Assembly (NCBI GenBank): GCA_963707985.1
Contig: CAVPRW010000024.1
Location: 1-64,000 of the forward strand
DNA length: 64,000 bases
Source of the DNA: an uncultured Nitrospinota bacterium
GTDB lineage: Bacteria > Tectomicrobia > Entotheonellia > J063 > CAVPRW01
Direction of reading: 5' to 3'
The translations under genes were made by a program, and so were the position numbers. Positions 10,567-20,935 of the stretch are shown in pieces. The first letter of the stretch is position 1, and every line of letters begins with the position of its first letter. The notes beneath the pieces are model-generated. The model made no database searches. It had not been told where the DNA came from and saw only the letters and a list, made by a program, of their open reading frames with translations.

Positions 10567-11021
10567 GAGGTGTGACGTCAGCGACGGAGCGAGTGTCGGT
10601 AATGCCCTGGAAATTTCTTCCAGCTCTATCAGGTGCTTATGGCGCGTGGGCTGCCCATGGGCCGTGAGCGGGTGCAACGGCCTCCAGCGACGTGGGACCT
10701 CGGACACGAGCGCTCCAAGCAGAAGCGCCGGCTAATGCCAGCCATCACCGCGACACCTGAACGCCCCCAAGGGCATCGGCCAATCCATTAGCCGAGAGGC
10801 GCTGCCGCGTGAGCTTTCTTCTGCTCTCCCATGCGGCTCGGGTTCTCAGCGCCAACCGAGTCCTTGAGACCCCACCGTTACGAGTGAAGTCCCCTTGGTG
10901 CAGAGACAGATCGCACGATACCCAACCTGAATCATGGTTGCCTGACCACGTCCAGCAGTCCAACTCGTGACTTCGCTCCGCAATAACGTAGGCCACTGCC
11001 TAATGGGCAAGAGTGGCCGCG

Positions 11022-11258
11022 CTATACCTTTGCAGGGATTCGTCCGCTGAGGATCAGATTTGCGATCGGCAAGGCCACCACTTCAAGCCGGGATAGGTCG
11101 ATAAAGGTACTGGCCTCTTCAATCTCAATACCGATGACCCGATGTCCTGCGTCGAAGTCGAGGACGATACCCGGGGCCACTTCCTCTGACTCCGTACTCA
11201 CCCCGTCGGCAAGTTTGATGTAGAGCATATCTGTGTCTGGATGATATTGAACAACCAT
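11022..11258 (-). CDS. DUF2283 family protein (putative antitoxin)
   Basis: YHPDTDMLYIKL...GIVLDFD...VIGIEI. Confidence 0.88.
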   Translation of the reverse strand: MVVQYHPDTDMLYIKLADGVSTESEEVAPGIVLDFDAGHRVIGIEIEEASTFIDLSRLEVVALPIANLILSGRIPAKV

Positions 11259-11279
11259 TGTCCTATGCCTTCCTGCATT

Positions 11280-11510
11280 TCAGGGCGTGAAGCGACGATC
11301 AAAGAACGCATTATGCACGGTTTCCCCATCTGGTTCAGTCACGACCCGTAGATACTTACCCACATCGGGGATCAGTGCCCAGCGACGAATTCGCCCATTC
11401 GCTTGCACCTCTGTACGGAGAGGATTCGTGAGCACCAAGGCGATCCATTCCCTTCTGAGATACGGGCGGCGGGACATCACACTCGCGGAGAAGTAAGGCG
11501 TTGTCTTCAT
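11280..11510 (-). CDS. Small DUF4258-like putative toxin paired with DUF2283
   Basis: EWIALVLTNP...GRIRRW...KYLRVVTEPDGETVHNAFFDRRF directly upstream of DUF2283. Confidence 0.75.
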   Translation of the reverse strand: MKTTPYFSASVMSRRPYLRREWIALVLTNPLRTEVQANGRIRRWALIPDVGKYLRVVTEPDGETVHNAFFDRRFTP

Positions 11511-12299
11511 CCATTGTCGTCCAGTGATCGCATCAATGCCCGCCCATCAGGGATTACCACACGGCTTGACCGACGCGTAGCGTCACTCTGGCACATATGA
11601 CGAACCCCACGTCCGCCATCGTGCACACCTCCCAAGGAAAGCGTGCGTAAGATAGCCGAGGATGTCAACAGCGCCGGATACTGCCCGCTGAGCACTTTTC
11701 GGGAGATAGCCAAAGGGCGCGTTAGTCGCAGACGCCTGGATGGTTGCCCCTACCCATTCCAGACGGAGATGCTCCCGATGTGCCCCAAGCGTATGACAAC
11801 CCATGTTACGGACTGCGGTCAGTCCCTTTCGGCGCTCGCCGCAGAAGACGCTGGCCCTAGTGATCGCGACCATTGCTGCAGTGGTCTAAACAAGCTCCTT
11901 ACCATTTAGCACAAACATCCCCACTACAAGGGCGCTTGCTCCCATCTTACGCCTCATCAGATGGCACAATCCTCCAGCAAAAATGGTCGCTTCCTCCGAT
12001 GTAAGCGTTTGTCCTTTATTCTACAGTATTTCCAGCACAACTCCCATTTTGTCAGATTAATCAGGGACTATGTCAACGCACTGATTATCAGACAAGCTCT
12101 ATGAGGGTCATTCCCACCCTAAAAGGCGTGTGAAACAAGCTGCATCGACCCAAAGAGACAAAGAACAGAAACGCTCACGTGCATTGTGTGAGGCTGCTTA
12201 CAGGTCCACGTCATTCCCAGATTCTCTCAGCCAAAAGAGCACCTATGGATAGTTCTAAAGTCTACGCCCATACCGTTAACCTTCACGAGGAGTATATGT

Positions 12300-13379
12300 A
12301 TGCAATCGAGGATAGCATTTTATACCTGCGTGCTCATGCTAGTGTCCTGCTCCACGCCGTACGCCAAGGTGCCGTGGTGCCGCCCCAGTCTAGTGCATTA
12401 CGGCTGGGATATCAAAGACACATCCTATTGGCGATCACACTGGCAGGAGGTAGATGCCACGTCGCCATTCGACGGCATGGGCATTATCGTGGCGATCAAC
12501 CCGGTCACGTGGGCTTCCGGTAATCATTCCATTTCCAACCAGCTTGGATGGATGCTCTTCAGTACGGAAAAGTTCCGGATTGATCAGTTTTCAGGTCAAA
12601 TAGCCGATTTGCAAGCAACGTCATTCGCGAAAGTCACCGACAACTTATTGCCGATGGTCCTCGCTTCAATATATAACGAGGGGCTCGGGTGGTTTGACGA
12701 CAATCGATGGAATACCGCGCTAGCGAATCTTGATGTGATGGCACAAATCATGGCAGCCACAGGTATCAAGAATATCCTGATGGACCCAGAGCAGTATGGT
12801 GCTCCGGCATACCTCATGTTCAGCTATGCGGCCCAAAGCGTTGCCTATCCGGCTTCCTGGGAAGATTATTATTGGCGAGTGCGCGGCATTGGTCAGCTAG
12901 TCGCCTACACTATTCAGCAGCGCGTTGGGCCGTTCAATCTCCTCTCGCTCTTCGCGTATACCGTGGCAGCACAGGATAAAGCATATGACCTCTTGCCTGC
13001 CTTCTTTGATGGGATACTGGATGTGCTTGCGCTTCAGCCTGGTTCAACCTTCACCGATGGCTACGAATATGCGTATGGGTACAAGAAGCTCGATCAATTC
13101 GTCAAGGCTGCGGAGGATATCCATGGCGCAGCACAGATCAGCAGTAATCCCAATTCTTACGCCACACTGGTCAGTGTGGGCTTTGGGTTATGGGTTGATT
13201 ACCGAGGGAATACCGCGTACTTCACCCCAGCGCAATTTGGGATGGCAGCCTTTTATGCCAAGCTTTTGGCTTCGAGGTTTGTTTGGATCTATTCAGAGCG
13301 TATGAGTATGTTGCAAGATGACACCGTCAACGAGCCATATTTGCAAGTATTGAGACAGCTGCAGAAGCGTTGCCAATAA
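12300..13379 (+). CDS. Uncharacterised exported protein, paralog of 26843-27910; possible glycoside hydrolase-like barrel
   Basis: Signal/lipobox-like N-terminus (LVSC); shares YGW, PF.G.GI, WFDD.RW, DPE.Y, LLPAF.DG, DGYE.AYGYK, VGFGLW.D and VW.YS with the paralog. Confidence 0.8.
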   Translation: MQSRIAFYTCVLMLVSCSTPYAKVPWCRPSLVHYGWDIKDTSYWRSHWQEVDATSPFDGMGIIVAINPVTWASGNHSISNQLGWMLFSTEKFRIDQFSGQIADLQATSFAKVTDNLLPMVLASIYNEGLGWFDDNRWNTALANLDVMAQIMAATGIKNILMDPEQYGAPAYLMFSYAAQSVAYPASWEDYYWRVRGIGQLVAYTIQQRVGPFNLLSLFAYTVAAQDKAYDLLPAFFDGILDVLALQPGSTFTDGYEYAYGYKKLDQFVKAAEDIHGAAQISSNPNSYATLVSVGFGLWVDYRGNTAYFTPAQFGMAAFYAKLLASRFVWIYSERMSMLQDDTVNEPYLQVLRQLQKRCQ

Positions 13380-13409
13380 TACGGGGTACTCATAGTACAA
13401 GGTACAAGG

Positions 13410-13554
13410 GTAACCGTTCACGTGGGTGTCCAAAATAAATAGAGATATATCAATATGTTAGCCTGCAATGCACTGGCAAAAGCCCAAAAATTTAGGAATT
13501 TTGACTATTTCAGGCCCTAATAAATCAATGAGTTACGACCACGTGAACGGTTAC
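13410..13554. mobile_element. 145-bp MITE with IS66-like termini
   Basis: Perfect 16-bp TIR gtaaccgttcacgtgg/ccacgtgaacggttac; 9-bp direct repeat ggtacaagg at 13401-13409 and 13555-13563. Confidence 0.88.
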
Positions 13555-13700
13555 GGTACAAGGGGCGGGGCGACAAGGAGTGGGGAATAACGAGAAAGAG
13601 GCGACTGGTCAGAGGCGGGATGAATATCCTGGAAGTCTCATATGCTATGTGGGATTCCTCTGGCAGAATTGCTTTCGCTTCACGAAGAATTTCTGAAGGT

Positions 13701-14906
13701 CTATGAAGGCACTGACACCGTGCATGGCCGCCTTTTCCCTCGCGTCTGCCCGACAGTGACAAGCTCCTCGTACAATGCCGTATACTGGGCGACGACTGCG
13801 GGCAAACTGAAGTGTTGCGTGATCCTCTGGCGCGCCGCAAGTCCCAAGCACTGCCTCTCTTCTGCCGGTAGGTCGATCAGTTCAGCCCAGGCATGCGCCA
13901 GGGCGTGAGGATTCCGTGCCGGAACCACACGGCCTGTATTGCTCACGATCAATGGTGCATCGCCAACATCTGTCACCACACAAGGGACTCCGCTAGCCAT
14001 TGCCTCACCGATGACGTTGGGGAACCCCTCTCCGAAGGCCGAAGTAAGGGCCATGATATCCAGTGCCGGCATGATCTTAGGGACATCCGATCGTTCTCCG
14101 AGCAAATGAACGTGATCAGAGATGGCCAAGTCTCGGATAATCCTAATCAAGTCACTATTGCTTTCAGTGACATTTCGACCGACCAGGACAAAATGGAGAT
14201 CAGAGCGATCCTTCAAAAGGTAGCTCGCGGCTTGCAGGAAGGTATGATGATCCTTCATAGGATCGTAACGAGCGATCATGCCTATAAGCAATGGGTTCCG
14301 TGGAAGTCCGAACAGCCTTTGGCAATAGAAGCGAGCAGCAGGATCAGGTCGGAAAAGAGAAACATCGAATCCATTCGGGATGACTTGCCATCGATGGGGA
14401 CGATAATGTAGTGATTCATGAAATTTTCGACCGGTTTCGCTATTAATCAGTACCACATCTGGAAGCGATGATACCCAAGCCAGGATACGCACGATCAGGG
14501 CAGATAGGCTAGAATAATAGCGCATGTCCATATTTGAGCAGCGAATGTTCCATGCGATTGCCGGGACGCGCATCAGTTCACCCGCGATGAGACCGAGCAA
14601 GTTAGCGTGATAGAGCCAGGTCTGAAGTACATCGGGGCGTTCACACCTCAAAAGCTGCAAAAGTCTCCACAGGCCCGCGAGATTCAGCCTCCCACGATGC
14701 ATGTTCAGGGCATGTACTGGAACCCCGAGGTCTTCGATCCGCTGAGACAGGACTCCTGCATCCGTCAGGGATACCACAACATGGCTGAAGCGCTGGCGAT
14801 TCATGCCAACTAGAAGTTTATACAACATCATTTCGGCGCCGCCAGTATCTAGATCGGTAATCAAGTGGAAAATTTTTGAGGTCGTTAACGGCATCACCAC
14901 ACCCAT
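13701..14906 (-). CDS. GT4 glycosyltransferase (WbnK-like)
   Basis: GGAEMML, QTWLYHA, IPNGFD, RYDPMKDH, EGFPNVIGEAMASGVPCVVTDVG. Confidence 0.93.
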   Translation of the reverse strand: MGVVMPLTTSKIFHLITDLDTGGAEMMLYKLLVGMNRQRFSHVVVSLTDAGVLSQRIEDLGVPVHALNMHRGRLNLAGLWRLLQLLRCERPDVLQTWLYHANLLGLIAGELMRVPAIAWNIRCSNMDMRYYSSLSALIVRILAWVSSLPDVVLINSETGRKFHESLHYRPHRWQVIPNGFDVSLFRPDPAARFYCQRLFGLPRNPLLIGMIARYDPMKDHHTFLQAASYLLKDRSDLHFVLVGRNVTESNSDLIRIIRDLAISDHVHLLGERSDVPKIMPALDIMALTSAFGEGFPNVIGEAMASGVPCVVTDVGDAPLIVSNTGRVVPARNPHALAHAWAELIDLPAEERQCLGLAARQRITQHFSLPAVVAQYTALYEELVTVGQTRGKRRPCTVSVPS

Positions 14907-14981
14907 TATCAGGAGTTATTGCCTAGGTCCAATGTAAGAGACCACCACGTGCACATGGCTCAGCCCCTCTGCATTGTAGCC

Positions 14982-15542
14982 TTAGGGTTCTGCGATCTTC
15001 GTCACCGTCCCATTGGGACCACGGTAGTACAGCGCGCCGCGATCATCGACGAACAGGCCCTCACTCGATTTAGGGAATTTCGCAAAGGGGACAGTCTGCA
15101 CGCGGATATTACCGCCCTCCATGAATGTTCCATTGGTACCTGTGGTGGCAATAACACCATCCATGCCGTCATGGAGTAGGCGGATATCCATGGTATCCTG
15201 GTCGTCACGTACTGCCAGGAATGGCCTACCTGAACCCTGCTGGTTACGTACCGATACCCCTGATGTGTAGAACTCGAAAAGGTCCGAACTATAGAGTCCT
15301 GAGCCGTAGCGATAGTATCCTAATTCAATTACGCCTCCTTTGGCGCCATCATGCAACTGTATTGTGCCCTGGGGCTTCACATCGTCTCCAGGAAGATACT
15401 GCGACGAATCACGTACTACCAGGAGCGAGGTGACCACCTTCCCGGAAGAGACTGTCCAGGCGATGCCTAGCAAGAAGGTAACTCCAATCGTGATCAAAGC
15501 CCTCCCCCCCAAACGTTTCCTTGCGCTCCGGACCGTCATCAT
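14982..15542 (-). CDS. Hypothetical membrane-anchored/exported beta-rich protein
   Basis: Basic N-terminus and hydrophobic helix, GAGGGG RBS, co-oriented with the operon; ends GALYYRGPNGTVTKIAEP. Confidence 0.65.
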   Translation of the reverse strand: MMTVRSARKRLGGRALITIGVTFLLGIAWTVSSGKVVTSLLVVRDSSQYLPGDDVKPQGTIQLHDGAKGGVIELGYYRYGSGLYSSDLFEFYTSGVSVRNQQGSGRPFLAVRDDQDTMDIRLLHDGMDGVIATTGTNGTFMEGGNIRVQTVPFAKFPKSSEGLFVDDRGALYYRGPNGTVTKIAEP

Positions 15543-16069
15543 TGATGCCCCCTCTGCTCTTGGTCTACTCTAAGACGCACATGGTGTGTGTCCATTTCGG
15601 CTGCCTATAGGGCAACCTTTGCAGCAGGTTGTACGGAGTTCGACTTTGTCCATTGACGCGGCATAGCAGGTTATCAGTAAAGCGCTCAACGAGCGAACGT
15701 GGGATTTCCATGACCTCGTCTCCCGAAGCTGACATAGTCACACGGCTTTGGCCAATCAGGCTGCTAACGAAAGGCCAGTGAGCAAGAGTTCGAAGGTCTT
15801 CCTGCGACATCGCACGAACTCTGGAGCAGCAGCAGAGTTCGCCAAATACTGGGCGCGCCCCAGATGCCGACGCACCGAGGCGAAACAGTCCGCACAGGTT
15901 GGCTCGGGTGTATAGTACCAGGCCGTCGTCTCCACCGGCATCGGCCCCCCATGGCTCAGCTCCCAAGCCAGCAGCGTGACAATCGAAAACAGCGTCAACA
16001 GTACAGCGGTCGTGCGGGCGCTGGCCTGGTCCGACCACTGTCGTTGGGTTTCTCACAGCGGGCGGATGG

Positions 16070-16890
16070 AACCATGCCACAGATCGATGACGCGAGAGAG
16101 CTCACTTTGGGCCCCGCCTGACGCGACAGCCGGCTCCCTATTCCACCCGTTCCCAGTCCCACCACCGGATCATGGTGGATCTGCGCGGCATACTCAGTGA
16201 AGCCAGACGTAGAGCACTGCCAAATCGGTGTGTTGGTGGGCGATGTCAGCTCGCTGGGCCAGGTCCTACTGGACTGGGAACGGTATCGCCCCAAGGCGTG
16301 GATGGACAGCGGGAGCGCTGCCGATAGGCCAGCATTCTGGACAACTGGCGCTTTGCGGCCAAGCCCCGGTTGGCCCGGCAGATGTTGGCCCGCGCCTTCG
16401 TGGCCGGCGTGCCGGCGACAGCGTGTATGGGGATCATGGCGCGCTACGGCGATGGCAGGAAGCCCGACCGCGGGCCTCTGTGCTGGCGGTCTCGGGCAGG
16501 AACCATGTGTGGTGGGGTGTACAGTCCCACCAGGTGAAATCGCTCCTGGCCCACTTCCCCACGAAGGAGTGGACACGGCACAGTGCGGACAACGTGCCGA
16601 ACTGGACGGGCTGGTATCGTCATAACACTGTCGCCCTGTGGGCCTACGTGTTCTTCGTTGTGATGCGGGCGGGACTCATCACCGTGGCGGGACAAAAAAC
16701 CTGCTGCCAGCCCAGAAGCGGAGTACTCTAGCAGGGTGCAAAGCGCGGCAGGGCCTCCTTTCCCCTGAGCATCCCCGAGGTGTGGCAGCGTGTCGGATAG
16801 TCTTGGCCGTGTGCAGCCCGTCCCTCACCTCCTGGCTTGGTCACAGGGGCGTCGCTGGCACCAGGCCGTCGCCCAGTATGACCGCGATAA
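16070..16890 (+). mobile_element. IS701-family transposase remnant
   Basis: HCQIGVLV...LLDWERYRPKAW, AGDSVYG, WTGWYRHNTVALWAY across several frames; boundaries approximate. Confidence 0.8.
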
Positions 16891-17153
16891 TTGTCGTCAG
16901 GCGCGCGTCGAGGCCGTGATAGCATCATCATCTTGATACCTTTGGAGTACAAAATCAGTCCACATGAGATTCGTACTCTTGAAGAATCGAATACACCGGT
17001 ACTGCGTACTCGCACACGCTGCCAGTGTGCCAACATTGTATGGTCTGATTTCGGTCGAAATGCAGTCTCAGGAGCAGCAAACCGAGGCGTCCTCTGTAAA
17101 GCTCGCAACACCTTAAAACGACCAAACATCTTGGGGGAATTACACTTGCCAAG

Positions 17154-18332
17154 TTATACGGCATGCCCAGTAATGCTTCTGGTTGCTGCTTCCATATAGA
17201 CTTGCCGTAGCATCTGGTTCCTACGGGCGACTGAAAAACGCCCACTTACTATCTCCTCATATCCGTTAGTTCCCATACGCTTCCTCAGTCTGTGGTCCTC
17301 TATCAAACACCCAATTTTCTCCACCAAACCTTCCACTACCCTAATATCCACGTCAGAGTGCAACACTTGTTTGATGAAGGTATCGCTATTAACCCTAGGG
17401 CGTCCACTGGCATCAAACCAGTGGAGCGACGATGCTGGAAGTTCCACTAAAAGACCCGTCTCGCCGTCTTTCACGATCTCCGCCGTATAAGGTCTATTTA
17501 AAGCCACAATTGGAAGACCAAAGGCCATTGCTTCTAGGAAGACCATCCCAAAGGTATCGGAGTAACTTGGCATCACATAAATAGCTGATTTGCGATAGAG
17601 CTGGTAAAGCTGAGATCGGCTCACCTTGCCGGGAAGTAAAATCCCAGGTACTCTGCTGCATTCTGACACTATGCTTGATGGAACTGGACCAACAACTATA
17701 AGGCTCAGATTACCCGTCTTTGGTCTCAGAATACGATATGCCTCGATAAGTTCTCGTCCACCTTTAAGAAAGAAATTCCACTCAGGGTAATTCACTACGA
17801 ACAACAGCTTCAACTCGTCTGATCTTTCCTTGTAGTCAATACGCTCCGCAGTCTGCACCGCCGGGTAGACGGTCTGGATTTTTTTTGCTATGACCTCGTC
17901 TCGGTCCAAAGTCTTTAAGAGGCCCTCTGCCGCTGTGTTGGTCCAAGGAAGGATGGCTTGACAGAATTGCGATGCTAATATCAGCTTGATTATCTTGCGA
18001 GTCATCACTTTTTGTAGGCGACTAAAATGGATACCTACGAACGGACAGCCATGCTCGATATCTACAACCCAAGGTCGGTTAGCAAGCAGGAGGTTTTGAC
18101 AGGAGTGGATCACGTCAACATCGTTAACGGCATTCCTCCGCACAAACCGAAGATTCGGCAGCCCCAGCGAACGGAGGATCAGGACAGCGATTTTCTTGAA
18201 GGAACTTTCCTGTATAGACGCTAAAAGGGGCTTCTGGTTCCAAACAAATGCAACGCCAGGAGGCTGAGCAGCAATCATTTCGGCATAATATGTATGAGTT
18301 GTGGGCGGATGGGTAAGCAGTACTTTTAGCAT
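17154..18332 (-). CDS. GT4 glycosyltransferase
   Basis: LKGGRELIEA, YVMPSYSDTFGMVFLEAMAFGLPIV, EIVKDGETG. Confidence 0.92.
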   Translation of the reverse strand: MLKVLLTHPPTTHTYYAEMIAAQPPGVAFVWNQKPLLASIQESSFKKIAVLILRSLGLPNLRFVRRNAVNDVDVIHSCQNLLLANRPWVVDIEHGCPFVGIHFSRLQKVMTRKIIKLILASQFCQAILPWTNTAAEGLLKTLDRDEVIAKKIQTVYPAVQTAERIDYKERSDELKLLFVVNYPEWNFFLKGGRELIEAYRILRPKTGNLSLIVVGPVPSSIVSECSRVPGILLPGKVSRSQLYQLYRKSAIYVMPSYSDTFGMVFLEAMAFGLPIVALNRPYTAEIVKDGETGLLVELPASSLHWFDASGRPRVNSDTFIKQVLHSDVDIRVVEGLVEKIGCLIEDHRLRKRMGTNGYEEIVSGRFSVARRNQMLRQVYMEAATRSITGHAV

Positions 18333-18379
18333 ACCTGGCTATTCCGCTCCCTGTCATCACCGGCCATCCATTCGGCGGG

Positions 18380-19400
18380 ATGGTCAAGCGTCCATGAAAG
18401 GTCTTGAAATCATGAGGAAAATTGGTCATTGGTTCCTGTGCAGGTCACGCGAAGTGCAGCGACCACATGGAGAAACCGCCCATGATCCACGCCCCCCGAT
18501 ACGACAAGCGCCTGCAGGGGGCCCGGCAGAAACGAGAGCAACGAGCCAAGCAGCGTCGTGTCCGAAGGGAACGCGAACAACTTCAACGCGAATAGACTCG
18601 CACACAGCGACACCTGCAAGCCCTGGAACAAGCGCTCGAAGAGCTGGGACTGCCCCAGGCCATCGAGGAGGAGCTCCAGTGGAAACCGAAGACCGCAGCA
18701 AAGCCGCTGGGGAAAATCGGACTCTCCCAGAACTCCCGTGGTTGACCACAAGCTGTCGTGAGGTCAGGTATGACCGAGGAGTTGGTAGCCATGCCAGTCG
18801 AGCGTGAGCCATTGGAAGAGCCTGCCGACGTTGAAGATTCCGTGGCACCGCCTCTTGAGCACTTTCACGCGGTTGTTGAAACCCCGAACCAACCCACTCG
18901 TCTGCCGACCCTGGAAGTAATTCGTGATCTTGGCCGTCTATCGATCGATCATCCCAAGAAAGCTTTCGAACGGAAGCATTCCCTGTTTTTTAGGAGACCG
19001 ATACCGTCCTTCTATGTTAGGTATGAGAGGGAGGAATAGCCCCAACACGTTTGACGTGGGGAAGACCGGCCCATGGCCTATGCAGGGTGCCTTGCGCGCG
19101 AAGAATTGCCTGACACATAGCGGCGCGTCGAGATTCGGCCGTGCCTGCACAACCGCTTCGATCACTAGTTGGATAACCTGGAGACGCGCGTGAAGGAAGC
19201 ACAGCCGACGCTGGAAGAGCTGACGTCAGCGGCTTCGCTCTGCACCAGGAGTCGACCCAGTGGGCCACGGAGGGCATGGTAGAGCAGGCCGATCGGGCGA
19301 CGTTGGAACAACGGACGGTCGTGTGCCCCCAAGGGGGGCTATCCCAGTGGGAGCGGAGGAATCGCATCGGCCCATAAGTTTATTGGTCATGTGCGGTTCA
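18380..19400 (+). mobile_element. Mosaic of transposase remnants (N-terminus near 18482-18720; ISKra4-like N-terminus near 19080-19370)
   Basis: ...QRHLQALEQALEELGLP...LGKI and ...PTLEELT...EGMVEQA...EQRTVVCPQ with stops and frameshifts; family calls from recall. Confidence 0.5.
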
Positions 19401-19617
19401 AGCGTTGAGGTGCCTGATGGTATGTGACCCACCCCAACCAAATGCCCGCATTGCGCGCTGCGAAGTACAACGGCACATTTGATCGGGCCTTTGCTCGGTA
19501 TCGACAAAGGATACAGAAGTCGTCAGGAGGGCATGCTCCTAACAAATAAGGAGGGCTCCCAAATTGCTCCTCAATATTTTCAATTGCTTGCAGAAAATAT
19601 GGGCGAACCGAGGATTA

Positions 19618-20823
19618 TTATTTTCTAATATTCTCCCAATTCTCGGATTTAAGATATGAATTCATTTTGAATAAGATTCCAAACGATATTAACAAATAAA
19701 AATCCGTCTGCGGCGATATTTGTGCGGTCGAAAATAATAATAGCATCCCACCAATTATAAAGACAATAATTGAACTTGACTTATTAAGTAGGAGATTTAA
19801 AAAAACATATAACAGTGCGACCGTTGAAATAACAGTATATACTATCCCAAATACAGCCAGATTACCCGAAAAACTATTATGTGGAGTAAAAGTTGGTATA
19901 ACGGGGTTAACTCCAGAATATATATCGCTAGTATAGGAAATCCATTGCTGCAAGATTATATCTCTCTTACCAGATAATTCTTTCCCTAGTATTCCGCCAA
20001 AATCTTCTACTCTCTCCTCATTATGTTGATTAGTATCCACTTGTCCATGCAGCAAAAATAGATAAATATAAACAATAAATATGCTAAAAATTAAAAAAAC
20101 CTTCGATATAAACACGTTTTCAAAAAAATATCTAAAAATGCGTATATTCTTAGAAAAAGAGAAAAAACACAACAGTATGTTTAGGTATAATGTCCCCCTT
20201 GTCTTAAATATAAAAATATTTAGTAGCAAATTCACAAGGAAAAATACAGTCAATATGGGTGAAGAAGTCGATTCATCAAAGATCGAGAAAGTAAATACAA
20301 AAAGTGCCAGCCCCATTAGGTAATAAGTATGAATATTAACACCATAAGATCTATCTAGTAGTTCAAGAGTGGAAATTATATCCATTATAGAAAAGATGCA
20401 AAACAGATATGAAAAATATAGGATTATTAAAAATATTTTTATCCAGTAAATTAACTTTTTAGAGATATTCGAAAATTGTATTCCAATCAAGCCCATTAAA
20501 GCTGAAAGCGAAAAAAAGACTAGACCATAATTACCTGAAATATCAGATATTAATGCAACGGTAGATTCAGGAGCAAAGTTATGGATTAAAAATGGATTGA
20601 AAATATATTCAATATAAATGATCGCAACAATAGGAAACAAAATATAAAAAGATGATTTATTTTTTATGATATTTATGGCAAATATCAATATTCCGAGAAA
20701 TAAAAAAACATAGTCAATACTAGCTCGATCCACAACTGCCATACCATAGTTAGTGAAATATAATGGGTATATGGTTATTCCTAAGATTAAGATTAAGAGC
20801 GTTAGCATTTTCCTTGTTTTCAA
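19618..20823 (-). CDS. Wzy-like polysaccharide polymerase / O-antigen ligase-like membrane protein
   Basis: Many TM segments, KTRG, LSGKR, PHNSF motifs; extremely AT-rich; near a flippase. Confidence 0.75.
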   Translation of the reverse strand: MKTRKMLTLLILILGITIYPLYFTNYGMAVVDRASIDYVFLFLGILIFAINIIKNKSSFYILFPIVAIIYIEYIFNPFLIHNFAPESTVALISDISGNYGLVFFSLSALMGLIGIQFSNISKKLIYWIKIFLIILYFSYLFCIFSIMDIISTLELLDRSYGVNIHTYYLMGLALFVFTFSIFDESTSSPILTVFFLVNLLLNIFIFKTRGTLYLNILLCFFSFSKNIRIFRYFFENVFISKVFLIFSIFIVYIYLFLLHGQVDTNQHNEERVEDFGGILGKELSGKRDIILQQWISYTSDIYSGVNPVIPTFTPHNSFSGNLAVFGIVYTVISTVALLYVFLNLLLNKSSSIIVFIIGGMLLLFSTAQISPQTDFYLLISFGILFKMNSYLKSENWENIRK

Positions 20824-20935
20824 AGTTGTTATTTTGTTTTAGTAAGCCTTCGCATGGGTATTGAGTTATGACTGGACCCACTGAAGGGTTTAGAGCATCC
20901 TGTATTTGGTACTGAAATGTCGACCGAAATGTCCA

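Noticed and set aside
15565..16060. Possible membrane-protein remnant next to the IS701 debris
   Set aside because: One hydrophobic stretch across shifting frames; no family assignable.
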